DNA of 64,000 bases from Chloroflexota bacterium (GTDB lineage Bacteria; Chloroflexota; Limnocylindria; Limnocylindrales; CSP1-4), in NCBI GenBank assembly GCA_021785175.1, contig JAJYGH010000026.1, positions 67 through 64,066 on the forward strand, written 5' to 3'. Position numbers and translations under genes: made by a program. Below, piece by piece: positions 1 to 9,627 of the stretch (position 1 is its first letter; each line of letters starts with the position of its first letter). The notes beneath the pieces are model-generated. The model saw only the letters and a list, made by a program, of their open reading frames with translations. It did no database searches and was not told where the DNA came from.

Positions 1-195
1 GCGCGGACGTCAGCGCGCCGGCCCGGCTCCGGTTCCGGCTCCGGTTCCGGGTACGCTCGCCGAATGCCGGACCACTCGCCCTCGCCCTCCGTCTCGGACT
101 CGCGGCCGCCGTCACCATCGTGGACACCGTCGCCGCGGTCTCCGACACGCCAGCCGTCCGCGCCACGCGCGGAGCCGCATCCCGAGCCCGCCGCG

Positions 196-1107
196 ATGCG
201 CGACCGCCTCCTCGAGTGGTTCGACGCGCACGGACGGTCCCTGCCCGGACGCGACGTGCGGGAGCCCTGGCGCGTGCTCGTGCTCGAGGTCATGTCGCAG
301 CAGACGCAGATCGACCGCTGCCTGAGGGCGAGAGACGAGTTCTGCGAGCGGTTCCCCATCCCGGCTGCGCTCGCCGCCGCGACGCCCGCCGACGCCCTTC
401 GCGCCTGGGCGGGGCTCGGGTACAACCGGCGAGCCCTCGCGCTGCGCCGGGCCGCCCAGGTCGCCGTCGAGCGCCACGGCGGCACTGTCCCCGCCACGAT
501 CGATGCGCTCGGAGACCTTCCCGGCGTCGGGCCGTACACGGCACGGGCGGTGGCAGCACGCGCCTTCGGGGCCCGCGTCGTGCCGGTCGACGTCAACGTG
601 CGCCGCGTGCTCGCCCGAATCCTCGGGACTTCTTCCGTGAGGTCAATCCAGGCGTACGCCGATGCGCTCGCGCAGGCCCCGGAGGACGGGGCCTCGTCCG
701 GCGTCTTCCCGGGGACGCCGGAGGCTGGCAACAGGACGGGTGGCGCGATCGGGGCCCGCGTCGCCGATGCACTGATGGATCTCGCGGCGTCAGTGTGCCG
801 TCCACGCCACCCGCGCTGCGCCGAGTGCCCGCTCCGGATCGCATGCGTCTCCGCCTTCGCGGAGACGGCGCAGCCGCAGCACGTCCCGGCGGTTCCGGCC
901 GAGAGACCGTTTCCGGAGACGCGCCGGTGGCTGCGCGGGCAGATCCTTCGCGAGCTGCGCGACGCCCCGGCGGGGGCGTGGGTGCCCGTCGAGGGGGAGC
1001 GCGGGTCGCACGGGCACGTGTCGGTGCGCGAGGCCGTGTCGGCGCTGGCGGCCGAGGGGTTCGTGGAGATCGACGCGGAGGGTCGGGCGCGCCTGTCGGA
1101 GACGTGA
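196..1107 (+). CDS. HhH-GPD superfamily DNA glycosylase with 4Fe-4S cluster loop (MutY/Nth-like)
   Basis: In the frame of ORF 64..1107. Motifs LVLEVMSQQTQ, GLGYNRRA and LPGVGPYTA (helix-hairpin-helix GPD), plus a C-x6-C-x2-C-x5-C cluster (CRPRHPRCAECPLRIAC). There is no NUDIX-like C-terminal domain. The first ~44 codons are S/P-rich and low complexity, so the start is placed at ATG 196 (MRDRLLEWF). Confidence 0.65.
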   Translation: MRDRLLEWFDAHGRSLPGRDVREPWRVLVLEVMSQQTQIDRCLRARDEFCERFPIPAALAAATPADALRAWAGLGYNRRALALRRAAQVAVERHGGTVPATIDALGDLPGVGPYTARAVAARAFGARVVPVDVNVRRVLARILGTSSVRSIQAYADALAQAPEDGASSGVFPGTPEAGNRTGGAIGARVADALMDLAASVCRPRHPRCAECPLRIACVSAFAETAQPQHVPAVPAERPFPETRRWLRGQILRELRDAPAGAWVPVEGERGSHGHVSVREAVSALAAEGFVEIDAEGRARLSET

Positions 1108-1209
1108 CACGGCGCGGGGACGCAGGTGGCGCCCCCGCACACGCGCCCACGACACGTCCCGCCGGCCGCTCCGGCCGTCCCGGGCGGCGCGCCGACGTAC
1201 CCTGTCGCG

Positions 1210-1902
1210 ATGGAAGAGCACGAGCAGGAACAGACGCGCGGGACGATGCGGGACGATGCGACGCGCGACCGGACGGCAGGCCACGATGGCTCGGCCGGGC
1301 ATGCCCACGAGCACGCACACGAGCACCACCACGCGCCCCGCGACGTCGCGACCGAGTACGTGGACGCCATCGCGGACTTCCGCCACCGGCGCGACCGGGC
1401 GTTCGCGGAGGGCGACGACAGCCCCCTGCCCGAGCAGGACAGGGCGTCGTTCCACGGCCTCCGCTACTTCCCGGCCGATCTCCATTACCGCATCGAGGGG
1501 CTGCAGCCGGAGCCGTACGGTGGATCCGAGGCGCCCACGTTCGCCATGCAGACCTCCGACGGCCAGCTCCGGCAGGCGCGCCGCATCGCAACGCTCCGGT
1601 TCGAGCTCCAGGGCCGTCCGCTCGCCCTCCACGCCTACGGCTTCGAGGACTCCGGCGAGGGCGAGTTCTTCGTCCCGTTCCTCGACGCGACGAGCGGCCA
1701 CGAGACGTACGGGGCCGGGCGATACCTCGACCTGGAGGCGGAGGAGGACGGCTCGATCGTCCTGGACTTCAACCTGGCCTACCACCCGCTGTGCGTCTAC
1801 TCGCCGTTCTACTCGTGCCCCCTTCCGCCCTCGGAGAACCGGCTGCCGGTGCGGATCGAGGCCGGCGAGATGATGCCCGAGGGCATCGGCGGCCACCAGT
1901 GA
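1210..1902 (+). CDS. DUF1684 family protein with His-rich N-terminus
   Basis: ORF 1126..1902. Conserved DUF1684-like core (FPADLHYRIEG..., GEFFVPFLDATSGHETYGAGRYLDLE, NLAYHPLCVYSPFYSCPLPP). Start placed at ATG 1210 (MEEHEQ). There is a HAHEHAHEHHH stretch near the N-terminus. Confidence 0.6.
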   Translation: MEEHEQEQTRGTMRDDATRDRTAGHDGSAGHAHEHAHEHHHAPRDVATEYVDAIADFRHRRDRAFAEGDDSPLPEQDRASFHGLRYFPADLHYRIEGLQPEPYGGSEAPTFAMQTSDGQLRQARRIATLRFELQGRPLALHAYGFEDSGEGEFFVPFLDATSGHETYGAGRYLDLEAEEDGSIVLDFNLAYHPLCVYSPFYSCPLPPSENRLPVRIEAGEMMPEGIGGHQ

Positions 1903-2082
1903 CGGTGAGCGACCGGGCGCGAGCGGCAAGGCGGTGAGCGGTCGGCGATCCGTCGGGGCCAACGGTGGGTCGAACGGCCGGGCCTCGGCGAGCCCACCCG
2001 CAGTCGCGCGGGGGCACGCGTCCGCGCTCCCCCTGTCGTACGGGCTGTACCTGGAATCGGGGCCGAAGCGCCGCAAGACCAT

Positions 2083-2749
2083 GGTCCACGTCCTCGACCT
2101 GCTCGGCTGCGTCGCCGTGGGGCCGACGACCGACGACGCGCTGAGTGCGACGCCCGGCGCGATCCGGGCGTTCCGGCGGTTCCTGCACCGCCATGGCGAG
2201 ACGATCGATCCCGACGAGCCGTTCGAGACGCACCTCGTCGAGCACGTGACGGAAGGCGAGTGGCTGGGCAACGGGTCGCCGTACATCGCGTTCGGACCGG
2301 ACCTCGAACCGGCATCCGATGAGGCGATCGACGGGCTCGTGGAGCGCTTCCGCTGGCTGTCCGGCGAACTGGCGGCGTGGGCAGCGACACGGACGGGCAC
2401 CGAGCTCGACCGGAAGCCGGATGGTCCCGGGCGGACCGAACGGGCGATCCTGCTCCACGCGCTCGGGACGACGGGCCCGTACCTCGCCGCGGCGCTCGGG
2501 AGCGCGCCGGGATTCGGCCACGTCTCGGGGGCGGCGGAGCACGGCGAGATGCCCCTCGCCGAGGCCTTCCTCGAGATCGCGGCCCTCGCGAAGGACCGCG
2601 TCGACCGAACGACACCGGAGGAACGGCGGGCCGTGCTCGAACTGCCGGCGGGTCCGCGCACGCTCCGGAAGGCGCTGCGAAGGATGCTGGAGCACGACTG
2701 GGAGCACCTGGCGGAGCTGTCGCACCGGCCGGGCGGGCCCGCCCTGTAG
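2083..2749 (+). CDS. hypothetical protein, HicB/UPF0150-like N-terminal fold plus DinB_2-like C-terminal helical region
   Basis: ORF 1934..2749. MVHVLDLLGCVAVGPTTDDALSATPGAIRAF resembles HicB-type antitoxin N-termini. The C-terminal part is helical and His/Glu/Asp-rich (HALGTTGPYL...EHDWEHL). The start is uncertain: 1934 or 2083. Confidence 0.45.
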
Positions 2750-2874
2750 CTGCTCGGCCGCCCTCTGGCCGGGTGGCGTTCGGGCGCGGCCCGGAGCATT
2801 GCCGGCGCGACGGGGAGGGGTGACGTGGGTGCCGTGGGGCGCGGCGTCGCCTGGTCGCCTCGTCCGCGCCGGCC

Positions 2875-3318
2875 CTACCGGATGAGGAAGATGCTTCCCA
2901 GCAGGATCGCGAGCACGCCGAGCGTGATCACGACGTAGAGCCGGTCCTCCTCGAGCGCGAAACCGACCACGGAGGCGGCGACGCGGGCGACGGGCGTCGC
3001 GAGGAGCAGCGCGAGCCCGAGCTGGGTGATCGCGGATGGGCGGACCGCGAGCAGGCCGGAGGGCATCGCGCCAAAGTCGGCCAGGTCCGCGGGGCCGGGG
3101 GGACCGCCGATGATCGACGTCCGCCAGCCGAAGATGAGCGCCAGCCCGAACCCCAGCGCGATGACCGCGGCACTGACCGTGATCCCGATCGCGAGCACGT
3201 ACCCCACGATGATCCGGAACGCGTCGGGCGACAGGCGGGAGCCTGCGGGCGTCGCGGCCTGCTCCGGCGCGTCGGGCGGGGCCGGGCTCGGGGCGCGGGT
3301 GGACCGATCGTGACCCAT
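2875..3318 (-). CDS. DUF1634 family membrane protein
   Basis: 147 aa with two predicted TM segments (IIVGYVLAIGITVSAAVIALGFGLALIF; YVVITLGVLAILLGSIFLI). It lies 8 nt downstream of a TauE/SafE gene, which is the usual DUF1634 context. Confidence 0.6.
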   Translation of the reverse strand: MGHDRSTRAPSPAPPDAPEQAATPAGSRLSPDAFRIIVGYVLAIGITVSAAVIALGFGLALIFGWRTSIIGGPPGPADLADFGAMPSGLLAVRPSAITQLGLALLLATPVARVAASVVGFALEEDRLYVVITLGVLAILLGSIFLIR

Positions 3319-3326
3319 CGTCGCCC

Positions 3327-4169
3327 TCAGACCTTCAGCCCGAAGCCGCGCGCGAGCATCTCGAGCGCGATGCCCACGACCACCGGCAGGAAGACCCGGC
3401 GGACTCCGGTGTTCGACATGCGGATGAGCATGCGGGCCCCGAGCAGGGCGCCGGCCAGGACGCCGAGCGCGACGGGGGCCGCGATGCTCGCGACCACGTC
3501 GCCCCGGCCGATGTAGATGCCGGCCGACGCCGCCGCCGTGACGCCGATCATGAAGTTGCTCGTCGTCGAGGAGACCTTCATCGGGAGGCGCATCGCGCCG
3601 TCCATCGCCAGCACCTTCAGCACGCCCGACCCGATCCCGAGCAGACCGGAAACGAGTCCGGCGAAACCCATCATGAGGAACCCGAGCGGCACGCGGCGCG
3701 CCTCGTACTTGACTTCACGCCCCAGTCTCGCGTCGGGGTAGCTCGAGGCGAGGCCAAGTCGCGCCGCGAGGCCCGAGGGCTGCACGTCGGGCGGCAGCTC
3801 CTCGCTGAGGCGCCACAGCTGCTGCCCGCCCGAGAGGAGGAGCACCACGCCGAGGACGAAATACAGGAATTGCGGCGACACGATGGTCGTGAGCAGGGCG
3901 CCGAGCACGGCGCCGGACGTCGTGGCGAGCTCGAGGAACATGCCGATGCGCAGGTTCGTGAGCCGGTCGCGCACGTACCCCGCGGCAGCGCCGGAACTCG
4001 TCGCGATGACCGAGACGACGCTTGCCCCGATGGCGTGGCGGATGTCGACGCCGAAGATGACGGTCAGCGCGGGGATGATCAGGATCCCGCCGCCGACACC
4101 TCCGAGAGCGCCGATGACGCCTGCTGCGATGCTGACGGCGAAGAGGCCGATGTCGGCGGAGATGCTCAC
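3327..4169 (-). CDS. sulfite exporter TauE/SafE (TSUP family) permease
   Basis: ORF 3327..4580. The TSUP-like repeated TM pattern begins at VSISADIGLFAVSIAAGVIGALGGVGGGILIIPAL (GTG at 4167..4169). The 137 codons upstream are R/G/P-rich junk. About 8 TM segments. Confidence 0.75.
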   Translation of the reverse strand: MSISADIGLFAVSIAAGVIGALGGVGGGILIIPALTVIFGVDIRHAIGASVVSVIATSSGAAAGYVRDRLTNLRIGMFLELATTSGAVLGALLTTIVSPQFLYFVLGVVLLLSGGQQLWRLSEELPPDVQPSGLAARLGLASSYPDARLGREVKYEARRVPLGFLMMGFAGLVSGLLGIGSGVLKVLAMDGAMRLPMKVSSTTSNFMIGVTAAASAGIYIGRGDVVASIAAPVALGVLAGALLGARMLIRMSNTGVRRVFLPVVVGIALEMLARGFGLKV

Positions 4170-4180
4170 CGAGTGAGAGT

Positions 4181-4723
4181 CTAGCCCAGGTCGGCGTGGG
4201 ACCCCTCGGAGCGGGGTGTCCCATCCGCAATCCGCTCCCACCGATGGAACGCGGGGTGTCCGGGACGGACCGCGACGAAGGTCCCGCGGAACGTCGCACA
4301 GCGCTGCCCGCCGGCAACGAGCGTCGATTCGACGGTGGCGCGGTCCTCGCGGACGTCGACGACCCGGGCCTGCAGCGACACCGGTCCGGCGGTCGTCGGC
4401 GTCGGCCGGAACAGCCGGACCTCGTACGACGCCGTGACGGTGGCGGGTACGCCGTCGGCTCCCGTCCTGCGCATGAGCGCCGTCGCCGCCGCCCAGTTGC
4501 TGTGGCAGTCGAGCAGCGCGCCGATGATCCCGCCGTTGAGCGCGCCCGGAAACGCCTCGTAGCGCGCTTCGGGCTGCCACTCGGCGACGACCTCGTTCCC
4601 GCGCTCGAAGCTCCGGAGATGAAGTCCGCCCGGGTTCGCCGGCCCGCAGCCGAAGCAGACGCTCTCGGGGGCCAGCGCCTCCTGCAGGCTGAGCGTCCCG
4701 GACGCCGGGGACCCGTGCTGCAT
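4181..4723 (-). CDS. PaaI/4HBT-family hotdog-fold thioesterase
   Basis: ORF 4181..4777. Motifs CFGCGPANPGGLHL and NGGIIGALLDCHSNWAAA are typical of PaaI/YbgC-like thioesterases. Start taken at ATG 4723 (MQHG). Confidence 0.6.
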   Translation of the reverse strand: MQHGSPASGTLSLQEALAPESVCFGCGPANPGGLHLRSFERGNEVVAEWQPEARYEAFPGALNGGIIGALLDCHSNWAAATALMRRTGADGVPATVTASYEVRLFRPTPTTAGPVSLQARVVDVREDRATVESTLVAGGQRCATFRGTFVAVRPGHPAFHRWERIADGTPRSEGSHADLG

Positions 4724-4880
4724 GTCCTCACCTGTCGCTCCCGATGGCACGCTCGCCCTCGCAACGTGGTCACTCACGCCGGCAGTCTATCCGCTGCCGG
4801 TTCCGACAACGCCACGCGCAGCATCGGGGCCGGCCGGCTCGCTGGCGGACGCCGATCCACGGTTGCGCTACCGTCCGCGC

Positions 4881-5360
4881 ATGCAGCGTCCCCTCCCCGA
4901 CCTCGGGCCGCGCGGCGAAGGCTACGTGGCGATCCAGAGCGTGCTGTTCCTTGCGATCGCCCTCGCCGGACTCTTCGGGCCGGCATGGAGCGGACGGGCC
5001 CGCGTGGCGACGGCGCTCGTCGGCGTCGCGCTCATCGCCGGCGGCGCGCTCCTCGCGCTCCGCGGCGCGCTCGACCTCGGCAAGAGCCTGACCGTCGTCC
5101 CGAGGCCGCTCGACCGATCGACGCTCGTCCAACGCGGCGCGTACGCACTCGTGCGGCACCCGATCTACGGTGGCCTCGTCGTCGCGTCGGTCGGCTGGGG
5201 GCTCGCAACCGCGTCCCCGCTCGCGCTCGTGGCGGGTCTGGTCCTCGGCGTGTTCTTCGACCTCAAGAGCCGGCGCGAGGAGGGCTGGCTCGAGGAGCGC
5301 TACGCGGACTATCCTGCCTACCGGTCACGCACGCGCCGCCTCATCCCCTGGCTCTACTGA
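4881..5360 (+). CDS. isoprenylcysteine carboxyl methyltransferase (ICMT/PEMT) family membrane protein
   Basis: ORF 4722..5360. C-terminal RHPIYGG...EE..L...Y..Y motif and several TM helices. Start placed at ATG 4881 (MQRPL). Confidence 0.6.
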   Translation: MQRPLPDLGPRGEGYVAIQSVLFLAIALAGLFGPAWSGRARVATALVGVALIAGGALLALRGALDLGKSLTVVPRPLDRSTLVQRGAYALVRHPIYGGLVVASVGWGLATASPLALVAGLVLGVFFDLKSRREEGWLEERYADYPAYRSRTRRLIPWLY

Positions 5361-5502
5361 CCCGGACCGCAACTGCATCCCCGCCCGTCACGTCGGGCAC
5401 CGGGCCGGGGACGGGCCAGCACGTCCGGGCGCCGCTTGACCCCGGTCCCGCGGGCGGCCGACCGCCTCTCGCGGTCGCACGCGCTCGAACGCAGGAGGTG
5501 CC

Positions 5503-6870
5503 ATGCCGCCCGCCGCCCCATCCGCCGAGGTGCGCGAGTCCGTCGCCGCCGTCGACGCGGTCGCCCCCGGGATCCTCGACGTCGCGCGCGACATCTGGGC
5601 CCACCCGGAGCTGGGCTTCCGGGAGGTCCGGACCGCAGCCGTCGTGGCGGACTGGTTGCGCGCGCTGGGCCTCTCGCCCCGCGAGGGGCTCGCGCTGACC
5701 GGCGTCCGGGCCGATCTCGATCTCGACCGCCCCGGGCCCACCGTCGCGATCCTCGGCGAGCTCGACGCGCTCCCGGTCCCGGACCATCCCGCGGCCGATC
5801 GCGCGACCGGCGCCGCACATGCGTGCGGCCACCACGCCCAGATCGCCCAGATGCTCGGCGTCGCGGCGGCGCTCGTCCGCTCGGATCTTCCGGCCAGGCT
5901 CGCCGGCCGCGTGGCGTTCATCGCGGTCCCGGCCGAGGAGTTCGTCGACCTGGGCTGGCGCCAGGAACAGGCGCGCGCGGGACGGATCGAATTCCTCGGC
6001 GGGAAACCCGAGCTCATCCGGCTGGGGGTCTTCGACGACGTCGACATGGCGATGCTGATCCACGCCTCCTCGTCGCCCGAGGACCGCCGGCTCTCGATCC
6101 CCGCCGGCAGCACCGGTTTCGTTGTCAAGCGCACGCGGTTCCTCGGACGCGCCGCTCACGCCGCCGCGGCACCCGACGAGGGCGTGAACGCGCTCCATGC
6201 CGCCTCGCTCGCACTCACCGCGATCGGGATGCAGCGCGAGACGTTCCGCGACGAGGACCGTGTGCGCGTCCATTCGATCCTGTCCCGGGGCGGCGACGCG
6301 GTGAACGTGGTGCCGGCCGAGACGACCCTCGAGACGCAGGTCCGCGCGGTCGCGCTCGAGGCGATGCAGGCGGCGGCCGGCGTGACCGACCGGTGCCTGC
6401 GGGCCGCGGCGCTCGCGATCGGGACGGGCGTCGAGATCGACACGCTGGCGGGCTACCTGCCGCTCGTCGAGAACCCGGAACTTGCCCGCCGGTTCGCGGC
6501 CTGGGCGCAGGCGATCGTCGGCGAGGAGGGCTGGGCCGAGCGCCCGCCGATCGCGGCCTCGACGGATGCCGGGGACCTCTCGCAGGTCATGCCGCTGATC
6601 CACCCCAGCGCGGGCGGGTTCGGCGGGACGATCCACGGCGCCGCGTTCCACGTCGTCGACGAGAACGCCGCGTACCTCGACCCGACCCGGGCGCTCGTCG
6701 CGACCGTCGTCGACCTGCTCGCGGACGGTGCGGCCGGCGCGCGCAGCGTGCTCGGGTCCTCGCGGCCGAGGCTCTCGATCCCGGAGTACCTCGCGCTCGT
6801 GCGGGGGATGTCCGGAACGGTCCGCTACGAGCCGGACGGGACGCTCGCCGCTGGGCCCTCGCCCGCGTAG
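5503..6870 (+). CDS. M20 family amidohydrolase/metallopeptidase (AbgB-like)
   Basis: 455 aa. Motifs HACGHHAQ and ILGELDALP, plus a dimerisation domain. AGGAGG ribosome-binding site 5 nt upstream of the ATG. Confidence 0.8.
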   Translation: MPPAAPSAEVRESVAAVDAVAPGILDVARDIWAHPELGFREVRTAAVVADWLRALGLSPREGLALTGVRADLDLDRPGPTVAILGELDALPVPDHPAADRATGAAHACGHHAQIAQMLGVAAALVRSDLPARLAGRVAFIAVPAEEFVDLGWRQEQARAGRIEFLGGKPELIRLGVFDDVDMAMLIHASSSPEDRRLSIPAGSTGFVVKRTRFLGRAAHAAAAPDEGVNALHAASLALTAIGMQRETFRDEDRVRVHSILSRGGDAVNVVPAETTLETQVRAVALEAMQAAAGVTDRCLRAAALAIGTGVEIDTLAGYLPLVENPELARRFAAWAQAIVGEEGWAERPPIAASTDAGDLSQVMPLIHPSAGGFGGTIHGAAFHVVDENAAYLDPTRALVATVVDLLADGAAGARSVLGSSRPRLSIPEYLALVRGMSGTVRYEPDGTLAAGPSPA

Positions 6871-7790
6871 CCGATCGCGGCATGGAGGAGGCCGAGGAAC
6901 CGCTCCCGGGACGCGGCCCGCACGACGTCGAGGTTGGCCGCCTGCCCGGTGACCTCCAGCTCGTCCACCATGGTCTGGCCGCGGCCCCACCGGCCGCCGG
7001 TCTCGACGGCGACGAAGCGGCGATCGACGCGCGTGGCCACCGCCGGCTCGATCGCGACGGCCATCGCCATCGGGTCGGGCAGGTCGAAGCCCGACAGCTT
7101 CGTCTGCGTCAGGCAGTACTGGAGCAGGCGCCGCTGGATCGCGACCGCGAACCGCGAGAGATCCGTCCCCAGCGCCTCCATGCGAAGGACCTCGTCCTCG
7201 CCGATCGTGGCGTAGTCGCGGGAGACGTCCCACCCGACCATCGTGATCGGCAACCCGGAGCGGAACACGATGTCCGCCGCCTCCGGGTCGACCCACACGT
7301 TGTACTCCGCGAGCGGCGTCACGTTGCCGGGCAGCGCCCCGGTGCCCGCCATCGCGACGCACCGCCGGACCCTCCGGGCGAACGAGGGGTCGCGGAGGAT
7401 CGCCATCGCCACGTTCGTCAGCGGGCCGAGCGTGACCAGCGTGAGCTCGCCCGGCGACTCGTCGACCGCGCGCAGCAGCACGTCGACAGCGTGCCCCGGC
7501 GCGGGCGTCCTTCCGCGCACCGGGAGCCCGATGTCGCCCATCCCGTCGATCCCGTGCACCTCCTGCGCCGTCTCGAGGGGACGCAGCAGCGGACCGGCCA
7601 TCCCGGCATGGACCGGCACGCGCGCGCCGCACAGCTCCGCGGTGTAGAGCGCGTTCTGCACGCCCTGGTCGAGGGGCACGTTGCCGGCGACGACCGTGAT
7701 CGCCTCGACGGTCACGTCAGGGTTCCGCAGCGCCATCACGAGCGCGACGGCGTCGTCCGACGCGGTGTCAGTGTCGATGAGGAGCCTCAT
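6825..7790 (-). CDS. nucleoside hydrolase (IU-NH family), paralog 1
   Basis: ORF 6825..7823. N-terminal DTDTASDD aspartate cluster (MRLLIDTDTASDDAVAL), then TLVTLGPLTNVA and WDPEAADIVF motifs. Start at ATG 7790. Confidence 0.8.
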   Translation of the reverse strand: MRLLIDTDTASDDAVALVMALRNPDVTVEAITVVAGNVPLDQGVQNALYTAELCGARVPVHAGMAGPLLRPLETAQEVHGIDGMGDIGLPVRGRTPAPGHAVDVLLRAVDESPGELTLVTLGPLTNVAMAILRDPSFARRVRRCVAMAGTGALPGNVTPLAEYNVWVDPEAADIVFRSGLPITMVGWDVSRDYATIGEDEVLRMEALGTDLSRFAVAIQRRLLQYCLTQTKLSGFDLPDPMAMAVAIEPAVATRVDRRFVAVETGGRWGRGQTMVDELEVTGQAANLDVVRAASRERFLGLLHAAIGYAGEGPAASVPSGS

Positions 7791-7848
7791 CGTGTTCCCT
7801 CCCCCGGTCATGTCCCGGCCCACGCGGTCATGTGCTCGCCCCGCGCGG

Positions 7849-9627
7849 TCATGCGCCTTCGCCCGCGACCGCCCACGCCCTCCGCTCGACGTCGACGAGC
7901 CCGCGGTCGGTCAGCTTGAGCGACGGGCTGACCGGCAGCGCGAGCGTGGAGACGCTCATGAACGCGTTCGCGTGCCGGTACCCCCAGTCGTCGAGCGCGG
8001 CACGCACCGCGCGCGCAGCCGCGGCCACCTGCTCGGGCGGATCCTCGGACATGAGCCCTGCGACGGGCAGCGGCAGGAGTGCGACGACCGCGCCGCCCCG
8101 CGCGACCGCGATCCCGCCACGCGCCCCGACCACGGCCCGGGCAGCCGCCGCCATCGACTCCCTGGACGTGCCGAGCACGAGCAGGTTGTGGGAGTCGTGC
8201 GCGTAGGTCGTCGCGACCGCGCCCTCGGCGAGGTCGAGCCCGACGATCGGCGCGAACGCCTGTCCGGGCGCGGCGCCGTGCCGGTGGATGACGGTCAGCA
8301 ACGCGGCGCCCTCGGGAAGCCGGATTTCCCCGTCGCGCACCTCCACGTCGATGAAGGCGGGCCGCGTCGATGTGTCGACTGCGTTGACGCGGATCGCGAG
8401 CTCGCGACGTGACTCATCCGGCCCACCGGATCGCCACCGGAAGGTCCCGACGTCGGGCGGCGGGATCCGGACGGTGTCGCGGAACGACGTTCCGTCCGAG
8501 ACCGCCGACGCACCCTGCGGCCGATCCCCGACGCCCGCGACGAGCGCGCCCTCCCGCGCGACCACCCTGCCGCCTGCGAGCACCGCATCGACCTCGAACC
8601 CCGCGAGGTCTCGCAGCAGCACGAGGTCGGCCCGCCGGCCGGGCGTCACCGATCCGCGATCGTGCAGCCGCAGCCGCTGCGCCGGCGTGAACGTGATCGC
8701 CCGGAGGGCCTCGAGCGGCGGCATGCCCAGTCCGACCGCCCGGCGCGCCAGGTGGTCGAGGTGGCCACGAGCCACGATCGCATCGGGCGCGACGTCGTCG
8801 GTGACCAGGGAGATCGGCGGCGGAAGCGGCAGGGCGCGCAGCGCCGCGAACAGCTCGCGGGAGAGCGACTTCTCCTGGAGCTGGACGTGCATGCCGAGGC
8901 GCGCCTTCTCGACCACGACCGGCACCGGGTTCTTCGTGTGGTCGGAGTCGATCCCCATCGCCAGGTAGTCGGACAGTTCCGCGCCCGTGAGCCCTGGGCA
9001 GTGGCCGTCGATGATCGCGCCGTGCTCGCGCGCCGCGGCCACGACCTCTGCCACCCGGGCGTCGCCCGACACGACCGCCCGGTAGTCCATGACCTCGCCG
9101 AGGCCGACGACGCCCGGCAGGTCCAGCAGCGCCTCGACGTCGGCGCGGACCAGCTCGGCGCCCGCGACCTCGAACCCAGGGAGCGCGGGCACGCACGAGG
9201 GGACACCGAACAGCATGGTCTGCGCCGTCCGCCGCCCCTCGTCCACCATCCAGCGCAGCCCGTCGGCGCCGCACACGTTGACGATCTCGTGCGGGTCGGC
9301 GAGAACCGTGGTGGTGCCGCGGGGCAGCGTGAGCGCCGCGAACCCCGCCGGCGCGAGGAACGAGCTCTCGACGTGCATGTGAGCGTCGACGAAGCCGGGC
9401 ACGACGAGCAGGCCCCGCGCGTCGATCCGCTCGCGCGCCTCCCGGTGCGTCCCGGGCGGCACGACGGCGGAGATCCGGTCGCCACGGACCGCAACGTCGG
9501 CCGCGAACGTCTCGCCGGTGAGCACCGAGACGACCGAGCCGCCTTCGATGAGCAGATCGTCGATCGGCCGGCCCGCGCGCCCGGTACCGGACCGCGTGCG
9601 GCCGGCGCCGGCTGCTCCGCCGCTCAC
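7849..9627 (-). CDS. ade: adenine deaminase
   Basis: C-terminal 593 aa of ORF 7849..10614. Amidohydrolase fold (GFVDAHMHVESS, GHCPGLTG, HDSHNLLVLG). GTG start at 9625..9627 overlaps the TGA stop of the upstream hydrolase as GTGA. The 329 upstream codons are R/G-rich and non-coding-like. Confidence 0.8.
   Translation of the reverse strand: MSGGAAGAGRTRSGTGRAGRPIDDLLIEGGSVVSVLTGETFAADVAVRGDRISAVVPPGTHREARERIDARGLLVVPGFVDAHMHVESSFLAPAGFAALTLPRGTTTVLADPHEIVNVCGADGLRWMVDEGRRTAQTMLFGVPSCVPALPGFEVAGAELVRADVEALLDLPGVVGLGEVMDYRAVVSGDARVAEVVAAAREHGAIIDGHCPGLTGAELSDYLAMGIDSDHTKNPVPVVVEKARLGMHVQLQEKSLSRELFAALRALPLPPPISLVTDDVAPDAIVARGHLDHLARRAVGLGMPPLEALRAITFTPAQRLRLHDRGSVTPGRRADLVLLRDLAGFEVDAVLAGGRVVAREGALVAGVGDRPQGASAVSDGTSFRDTVRIPPPDVGTFRWRSGGPDESRRELAIRVNAVDTSTRPAFIDVEVRDGEIRLPEGAALLTVIHRHGAAPGQAFAPIVGLDLAEGAVATTYAHDSHNLLVLGTSRESMAAAARAVVGARGGIAVARGGAVVALLPLPVAGLMSEDPPEQVAAAARAVRAALDDWGYRHANAFMSVSTLALPVSPSLKLTDRGLVDVERRAWAVAGEGA

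Noticed and set aside
1-60. ggctccggttcc direct repeat at the window start
   Set aside because: Sits at the window edge with no interpretable context. It could be the tail of an upstream feature.
120-2799. Long ORFs 120..1937 (+) and 790..2799 (-) crossing the first three genes
   Set aside because: Arg/Pro/Gly composition with no domains. They overlap genes that have clear motifs.
4170-4580. N-terminal 137-codon extension of the TauE ORF
   Set aside because: Extension is R/G/P-rich. The TSUP domain and TM pattern begin at GTG 4169.
5341-7632. 763-aa minus-strand ORF (also 5436..7919 +, 827 aa) spanning the M20 and hydrolase genes
   Set aside because: R/G/A/P-rich with no motifs. It is antisense or out of frame relative to well-supported genes. 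Typical high-GC shadow ORF.
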